From: the human T2T-CHM13v2.0 reference genome, Homo sapiens
Direction: 5' to 3' (one strand)
NCBI RefSeq assembly: GCF_009914755.1
Contig: NC_060944.1
DNA: 64,000 nt
Below, piece after piece: positions 55,538 to 64,000 of the stretch (position 1 is its first letter; the number at the start of each line of letters is the position of its first letter). Under the pieces are notes generated by a model. The model searched no databases, was not told the DNA's origin, and saw only the letters and a list, made by a program, of their open reading frames with translations. The translations under genes and the position numbers were made by a program.

Positions 55538-56420
55538 TAAAACAATTTTTAAAACTCACCAAGTTTTTTTGCCCCAGGACCTTTGCACTGGCTGTTCTGT
55601 CTGTTTGATATGCGTCTCTCTTAGGTGATCACAAGGCTGGCATCTCCTCATTCAGAGTTCAGGTCCAATGTTATCTCCTTGGGGAGGCTGTGTCAAGGAT
55701 CACCAAGTCACTCTCAGACTTGAGGACTTGCCAGGAGAACTCACAGGACTGAGCATCTAGTAGTGCGCATGACTCACGTGTATTGCAATAAAAGGACGCC
55801 AAGCCAAATCAGCGAAGGGAAAAGGCACTCGGGGTGATGTCTAGGGGAGACCGGGTGCAAGCTTCCAAGAACCCTCTTGCAGAGGAGTCACACAGGACGT
55901 GCGTACTTCCCCAGCGACAGTGGTGGCAACAGGTGTCACATGTTATCTACCAAGGAAGCTTATTAGAGACCCAGTGCCCAGGGTTTTACTGGGGGCTGGT
56001 GAAATGCATACCCAAATCCAGATTCCCAGAAGGAAAGCAGATATTCTGCATAGACTGTGTCGTCTGTACAAACAGTTTAGGCACAGTGAGCCATTCTTTC
56101 TTTTTCTGTTGGTTTGTATCTTTTTATTTCATAAATTGTTTTTACAACTCCCTATGGTTATGACCACCTAATGCCAAAGTAAAAATTTTGAATTGCCAGA
56201 TTTTTATGAACTGTCAGAACAGTATGTAAAACTATACTTTAAAATAAAACTATAAAATAAAAAAATTAAAAATATTAAAAAAATTAAAAATAACTATAAA
56301 AGGTTGAGGGTCACCAATCATTCTAAAGAATAGAGACAAAAGGAGAAGCATATTGTTGTTTATTTAATATAATCATAAAAGTTCTGTAACACTGTCATTC
56401 AGGTAGAATTTGTGTCATTA

Positions 56421-56739
<319 letters not shown>

Positions 56740-56894
56740 TTATTAATGTCCCTATCTATTATCTAGGATTGACACTTTGAGGAAATTGACTGTTTTTGTA
56801 GATCCACTTCAGATAAGAGCTCATAGCGATAGATCTAGTGGCTTAGCTGCTTTAAGATTATCTCATGAAATGTTGCAATAAAAAATTATTTTTC

Positions 56895-57183
56895 GGCCTG
56901 TCGTGGTGCCTGTAATCCTAACATTTTGGGAGGCCGAGGTGGGAGGATCACTTGGGGTCGGGAGTTTGAGACCATCCTGGCCAACATGGTAAGACCCCGT
57001 CTCTACTAAAAATACAAAAATCAGCTGGGCATGGTGGCGGGCGCCTGTAGTCCCAGCTGTGCAACGCGGGAGGCTGAGACAGGAGAATAGTTTGAACCCG
57101 GGAGGTTGCGGTGAGCCGAGATAACGCCATTGCACTCCAACCTGGGCGACAGAGCAAAACTCTGCCTCAAAAAGAAAAAAAAA
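56895..57183 (+). mobile_element. Alu (S-type, diverged)
   Basis: Sense Alu with small deletions. Confidence 0.9.
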
Positions 57184-57812
57184 TTACTATATATTTTGTC
57201 AAGTCACTCTTAATAGTTAATGGTGGGAATCCTCCTGAGATCCAAGCTTTCAGACAGTGGTCAAGGGCCCATAGCAAGTAGACGTTTCTGAGGAGGGCAG
57301 TCTCACACTGCTATTTAAACTCTTTCCTGCGCAGAGGGCTTCCCTGAGCACACCCCCAAAGTTACTCTCCCCTCAGTCAGTTTCTGATCTATAATTCGGT
57401 TTTCTTTTCTTCTTGGTCCTTACTACAGTCTAACATAATCCCATTTATTTCTTTGCTTACTGGTGGGCTGCCTGTCAGGTAAAGATGTGGACTTCTTGTG
57501 AGAGGAAACCACACCTGACGATTTGCTGTTTGAACCCTAGTGTCTATAACATTGCCTGGCTCAGGTAATCAGCGACTATTTATTAAATGAATTAACAAAT
57601 GATTCACCTGTCCATTGCTCAAGGATAATGCTTGCTCCCTGATGGGACAAGAATGACTTCCTTTTACTTGTCCTAAGTGCTCCTCTTTCAGGCTTTGCAC
57701 TTTGGCCTGTGGGTGCCCTGCTCAAGGTGTTGGCTGACTTGCTCAGCTGAGAGGCAGCTCTCCTGGGTGGGAACAGTCTAGTTTATCCTCTCCCTGGCCA
57801 GGCGGACTGACT

Positions 57813-57828
57813 CTTCTTTTCTTTTCTC

Positions 57829-57859
<31 letters not shown>

Positions 57860-59530
57860 CTCTTTTCTCTTCTCTTTCCTTTTCTTCTCCCTCCCTCCCT
57901 CCCTGCTTGCTTGCTTTCCCTTCCTTCCTTCCCTCCCTCCTTCCTTCCTTCCCTCCCTCCTTCCTTCCCTCCCTCCCTCCTTCCTTCCCTCCCTCCCTCC
58001 TTCCTTCCCTCCCTCCCTCCTTCCTTCCCTCCCTCCCTCCTTCCTTCCCTCCCTCCCTCCTTCCTTCCCTCCCTCCCTCCTTCCTTCCCTCCCTCCCTCC
58101 TTCCTTCCCTCCCTCCCTCCTTCCTTCCTTCCCTCCCTCCTTCCTTCCCTCCCTCCCTCCTTCCTTCCCTCCCTCCCTCCTTCCTTCCTTCCCTCCCTCC
58201 CTCCTTCCTTCCCTCCCTCCTTCCTTCCTTCCCTCCCTCCTTCCTTCCTTCCTTCCCTCCCTCCCTCCTTCCTTCCTTCCCTCCCTCCTTCCTTCCTTCC
58301 CTCCCTCCTTCCTTCCTTCCCTCCCTCCTTCCTTCCTTCCCTCCCTCCTTCCTTCCTTCCCTCCCTCCCTCCTTCCTTCCCTCCCTCCTTCCTTCCTTCC
58401 CTCCCTCCTTCCTTCCTTCCCTCCCTCCCTCCTTCCTTCCCTCCCTCCTTCCTTCCTTCCCTCCCTCCTTCCTTCCTTCCTTCCCTCCCTCCTTCCTTCC
58501 TTCCCTCCCTCCTTCCTTCCTTCCCTCCCTCCTTCCTTCCTTCCCTCCCTCCTTCCTTCCTTCCTTCCCTCCCTCCCTCCTTCCTTCCTTCCCTCCCTCC
58601 TTCCTTCCTTCCCTCCCTCCTTCCTTCCTTCCCTCCCTCCCTCCTTCCTTCCCTCCCTCCTTCCTTCCTTCCCTCCCTCCTTCCTTCCTTCCCTCCATCC
58701 TTCCTTCCTTCCCTCCCTCCTTCCTTCCTTCCCTCCCTCCTTCCTTCCTTCCCTCCCTCCCTCCTTCCTTCCTTCCCTCCCTCCTTCCTTCCTTCCCTCC
58801 CTCCCTCCTTCCTTCCCTCCCTCCTTCCTTCCTTCCCTCCCTCCTTCCTTCCTTCCTTCCCTCCCTCCCTCCTTCCTTCCTTCCCTCCCTCCTTCCTTCC
58901 TTCCCTCCCTCCTTCCTTCCTTCCCTCCCTCCTTCCTTCCTTCCCTCCCTCCTTCCTTCCTTCCCTCCCTCCCTCCTTCCTTCCCTCCCTCCTTCCTTCC
59001 TTCCCTCCCTCCTTCCTTCCTTCCTTCCCTCCCTCCTTCCTTCCTTCCCTCCCTCCTTCCTTCCTTCCCTCCCTCCTTCCTTCCTTCCCTCCCTCCTTCC
59101 TTCCTTCCCTCCCTCCCTCCTTCCTTCCCTCCCTCCCTCCTTCCTTCCTTCCCTCCCTCCCTCCTTCCTTCCTTCCCTCCTTCCTTCCTTCCTTCCCTCC
59201 CTCCTTCCTTCCTTCCCTCCCTCCTTCCTTCCTTCCCTCCCTCCTTCCTTCCTTCCCTCCCTCCCTCCTTCCTTCCCTCCCTCCTTCCTTCCTTCCCTCC
59301 CTCCTTCCTTCCTTCCTTCCCTCCCTCCTTCCTTCCTTCCTTCCCTCCCTCCTTCCTTCCTTCCCTCCCTCCTTCCTTCCTTCCCTCCCTCCTTCCTTCC
59401 TTCCCTCCCTCCCTCCTTCCTTCCTTCCCTCCCTCCTTCCTTCCTTTCTCCCTCCCTCCCTCCCTTCCTTTCTTTTTCCTTTCTTTCTTCTTTCTTGGTT
59501 TTCCTTCTTTCTCCGTCTTTTTTGGTTTTC
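57813..59530. repeat. Compound homopyrimidine array: (CTTTT)n, then (CCCT)m(CCTT)n with 20-bp periodicity
   Basis: 57914-59496 contains only C/T except one A at 58697. Confidence 0.98.
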
Positions 59531-59539
59531 TTTCTCTTC

Positions 59540-59660
59540 TTTAATTTTTAATTTTTATACATTTAGGCAGTCCAAGTGCAGTACTTGATTATATAGTGTT
59601 ATGGTTGAGTCTGGGCTTTTAGTACAACTATCATGCAAATAGTGTGTGTTGTACCCACAG
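59540..59660 (-). mobile_element. L1 (L1PB/L1MA-like) extreme 3' end
   Basis: gagtctgggcttttagt...aaatagtgtgtgttgtaccca. Confidence 0.55.
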
Positions 59661-59689
59661 ACCGCATCTTTCCGGACTGAAATGTTTTG

Positions 59690-59943
59690 TTTGTTTCTTT
59701 TTTTTTCTTTCTTTCTTTCTTTTGAGACTCTGACTCCCTAGTTCAAGCGATTCACCTGCCTCAGCCTCTCGAGTAGCTGGGATTACAGGCGCCCACCACC
59801 ACACCCGGCTAATTTTTGTATTTTTAGTAGAGACAGGGTTTCACCATGTTGGCCAGGATGGTCTTGATCTTCTGACCTCGTGATCTGCCCGCCTAGACCT
59901 CCCAAAGTGCTGAGATTACGGGCATGAGCCACCGTGCCCGGCT
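59690..59943 (-). mobile_element. Alu (Sc-like) with right-arm deletion
   Basis: gagac joined to ...gttcaagcga, about 60 bp missing. Confidence 0.9.
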
Positions 59944-59974
59944 CAATTTGTTTCTTTTTAAATTTAATTTTAAA

Positions 59975-60097
59975 TTTAAATTTTATTGATTTATTTATTT
60001 GTTTTTGAGACAGTCTCTCCGTCACCCAGGCTGGAGTGCAGTGGTGCGATCTCGGCTCTCTGCAGCCTCCTCCTCCCAGGTTCAAGTAATTCTCCTG
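59975..60097 (-). mobile_element. Alu 3' fragment abutting a MIR (to ~60230)
   Basis: Only the 3' part of the right arm, then cccattttatggatgaggaaac. Confidence 0.85.
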
Positions 60098-60249
60098 TTA
60101 GTCCCATTTTATGGATGAGGAAACAGGTTTCCTGAAGGCATTTGCTTTGGGTTAGAACATAAAGCCAGCGAGTAGGGGAACTGGAATTCAAATTGAAGTC
60201 CGTTTGACTTAAGAGGCTCCACCTTTGACAATTAACATGCTGTCTACAC

Positions 60250-60251
<2 letters not shown>

Positions 60252-60286
<35 letters not shown>
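60252..60286. repeat. (CA)n microsatellite
   Basis: Direct read. Confidence 0.95.
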
Positions 60287-60288
<2 letters not shown>

Positions 60289-60400
60289 GTACATTTTATA
60301 AGCGCTGAAGTTGTAAAAGGGTAACCTTTGATCCTTACACTACCTTATACTTCACAGCAAACTTTTCCAGAGAGTTTCATCTCAACTTCCAAGGAACTTT

Positions 60401-61074
<674 letters not shown>

Positions 61075-61758
61075 TCATTCACTTTTTCTTCAGAAACGCA
61101 GCCAGGCACTGTGCTAGTCACTGGGGAGACAGGTGCGAACAAGACACACACCTGTAGTTTGCCTCTTTGCAATCTGGCTTTAAGGTGCTGCAGGCATTGA
61201 AGCCACCAGGTTCGTAAATGGCAAGCCACAAGAATTTTGCAAAAGGTCCCAGAAAGTGAGGAAGCCACTGAGGTCATGACTGCAGGGCACTCCCACTGTG
61301 CGAACAAAAAGTGAGGCCACAGCTGCTAGGTGCCACCACAGGAGGAAGCAAAAATATCATCTCCTTCCTGCCAAGAGGCCTGAGAGGACGCAGCTGCCTG
61401 CACCTCGGCATGTCCAGCCTGCATCCTGCTCCTCACCCTGGCTAGGATGGTGCCTCCCCAGCTATGCAGTCAGTGGGCTGTGTGGGAGCCATTGTCCCCA
61501 CGTCCACCTCCCAGAAACCTCACGGCTAGGATTGGCCCTGCCTTTCACCCAGGTGTGGCCACCAACTACTTGACCTTTAGACATAAAGTTTTTTCTTTTA
61601 ACTTTTGGTGGCTGCTTCACAAACATTTTCTTTTTATCTCCCTCTTCTTCTTCTTTTCTCCCTCTTCTCAAAAGAGGCAGCCTCTGGAAAACAAAAGAAA
61701 AAGACAGAAAGAGGGGGATTTAAGGACTATCGAACCCTCCCCTCCTGCTAAATGTTTA

Positions 61759-62167
<409 letters not shown>

Positions 62168-63002
62168 TGTAATAGCTAACTTTAACCAAAGACCTTATGT
62201 GAGCCTGCACTAGCTCACAGAATCCTTCCAATACTATGCAATGTAGGGACTGTGATTATCTCCAATTATAGATGAGAAGCTGAGCCTTGGAGGGAGGACT
62301 GCCATCTGTCTAGCATTAATGGTTAAATAGCTGGAAAATGGTGAAGCCAGGCAGGTCAGACTCCAGATATATATGTGCATTTATTGCAAACTCAACTTTC
62401 ATTTTCCTTTACCCATGTATAGAACCCATCACAGAGGAAATGGATTTCATGTGAGTCACATGCATATTTTTTCTATAACATTTTGGAATACTTAAGCACC
62501 ATCAATTAAAAAGTCACATATCTCTCTGGGTTCTTTGGTGATACTTACTGAGTGGAAGTAGACATTATGTTCTCTGTCCATAACTGATCAGCTCAAAATC
62601 TTTGTTAATTATTGTGCCCTGAGTTAACTTACTCATTATTTCTTTTTGAAAGATGGTAGGCTTGAAAATATGTCTAAGGAAAAATCATATTTGTGTGGAT
62701 ATATTTTTTTAGCCCTCTATGTAGATTCTTACTGCACTGGGGCATAGTCTCACAGGGTTAAATTATTCAAGCCACAGACAAAAACTTGTACCCAAATGTT
62801 TAGAGCAACATTGTTCATAATAGTTAAAAGGTAGAAACAATAAAAATGTCCATTAGCTGATTAATGGAGAAACAAAATGTGATCTATTCACACAATGAAA
62901 TATTATTGTCATAAAAAGAAATGTATTAATACATGCTACAACATGAATGAACCTTGAAAAAATGTTAAGTGAAAGAAACCAATCACAAAACACCAAACAC
63001 TA

Positions 63003-63200
<198 letters not shown>

Positions 63201-63209
63201 TTTTTTAAA

Positions 63210-63512
63210 AGCTGGGTGTGGTGGCTTATGCCTGTAATCCCAGCACTTTGGGAGGCCAAGGAGTTGAGGCAAGGAATTCGAGACCAGCCTGGGCAACATA
63301 GTAAGACCCTGCCTCTACTAAAAATAAAAATAAAATTACCTGGGCATCGGGGTGCACACCTATAGTCCCAACTACTTGGAAGGCTGAGGTAGGAGGATTG
63401 CTTGAGCCCAGGAATTCAAGGCTGCAGTAAGTTATGATCATGCTACTGCACCCCAGGCTGGGTGACAGAGAGAGACCCTATCTCAAAAATAAATAAAATA
63501 ATAAAATAAAAA
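63210..63512 (+). mobile_element. Alu (J-type)
   Basis: Sense Alu with small left-arm deletion. Confidence 0.92.
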
Positions 63513-63813
63513 GAGTCCAGAATTGGGCAATCTATAGAACAGAAAGTAGGTTGCTTAGGGCTGGCAGGGCAGGAGGAGTGGGTACCGGGGGATTAGGGGA
63601 TAGTAGGTAAAGTTTATAGGGTTTTTTGTGAGGTGATAACAATGTTCTAAAAGTGATTGTGTTCGTGGTTGCCCATATCTATGAATACACCAAACACAAT
63701 TGAATTATGCACTTTAAAAGGGTGACTTTCATAATATGTGAATATATTCCAATGAAACTGTTTAAAATATCATTAATCTGGCCACATAAAGCTTATAATT
63801 CAAGCTTTATGTA

Positions 63814-64000
63814 CAGGCATCCCTTGTTTTCACTATGCTTCACTATATTGCCCTTCTCAGGTACTATGTTTGTTACAAATTGAAGGTTTGTGGCAACCCT
63901 GTGACCAGCAAGTCTATCAGCACCATTTTCCCAACCACAAAGTGAGTATGACGTGCTCACTTTGTGTCTCTGTGTCACATTTTGGTAATGCTCACAATAC
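63814..64000 (+). mobile_element. Tigger1 5' end (continues past the window)
   Basis: ta|caggcat...ttacaaattgaaggtttgtggcaaccctg...gtgctcactttgtgtctctgtgtcacattttggtaat. Confidence 0.9.

Noticed and set aside
57778-59551. Longest ORFs (545, 546 and 306 aa; LPSF and GRKE repeats)
   Set aside because: Open only because C/T-only or G/A-only sequence cannot contain stop codons; no promoter, splice or coding-complexity evidence
59690-60097. Two partial Alus with roughly complementary content, suggesting a rearranged single Alu
   Set aside because: Each has its own tail; an internal deletion plus an independent 5'-truncated insertion is simpler

Overview
Primate (human-like) non-coding genomic DNA, intergenic or deep intronic. 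I find no credible protein-coding exon, RNA gene, CpG island or CRISPR array. About 67 Alu elements or fragments (J, S and Y types, roughly 30% of the window) are layered over older L1, L2, MIR, MaLR/ERV LTR and DNA-transposon relics. The long ORFs come from Alu, L1 or simple repeats. The main structures not explained by ordinary repeat content are: (1) an 80-bp perfectly identical tract shared by two inverted Alus of different subfamilies, probably gene conversion; (2) a ~1.58-kb nearly pure homopyrimidine CCCT/CCTT array with 20-bp higher-order periodicity; (3) an unidentified polyadenylated insert with AATAAA and a TSD that splits a MER21 LTR; (4) a ~90%-identical local duplicate of part of an MLT1 LTR; (5) a nested-palindrome, homeodomain-motif element near 29.55 kb; (6) a ~3.3-kb transposon-poor island. 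Repeat family names come from recalled consensus sequences, not from a database search, and boundaries are approximate. I could not identify the locus. I see no evidence for a new multi-gene system.
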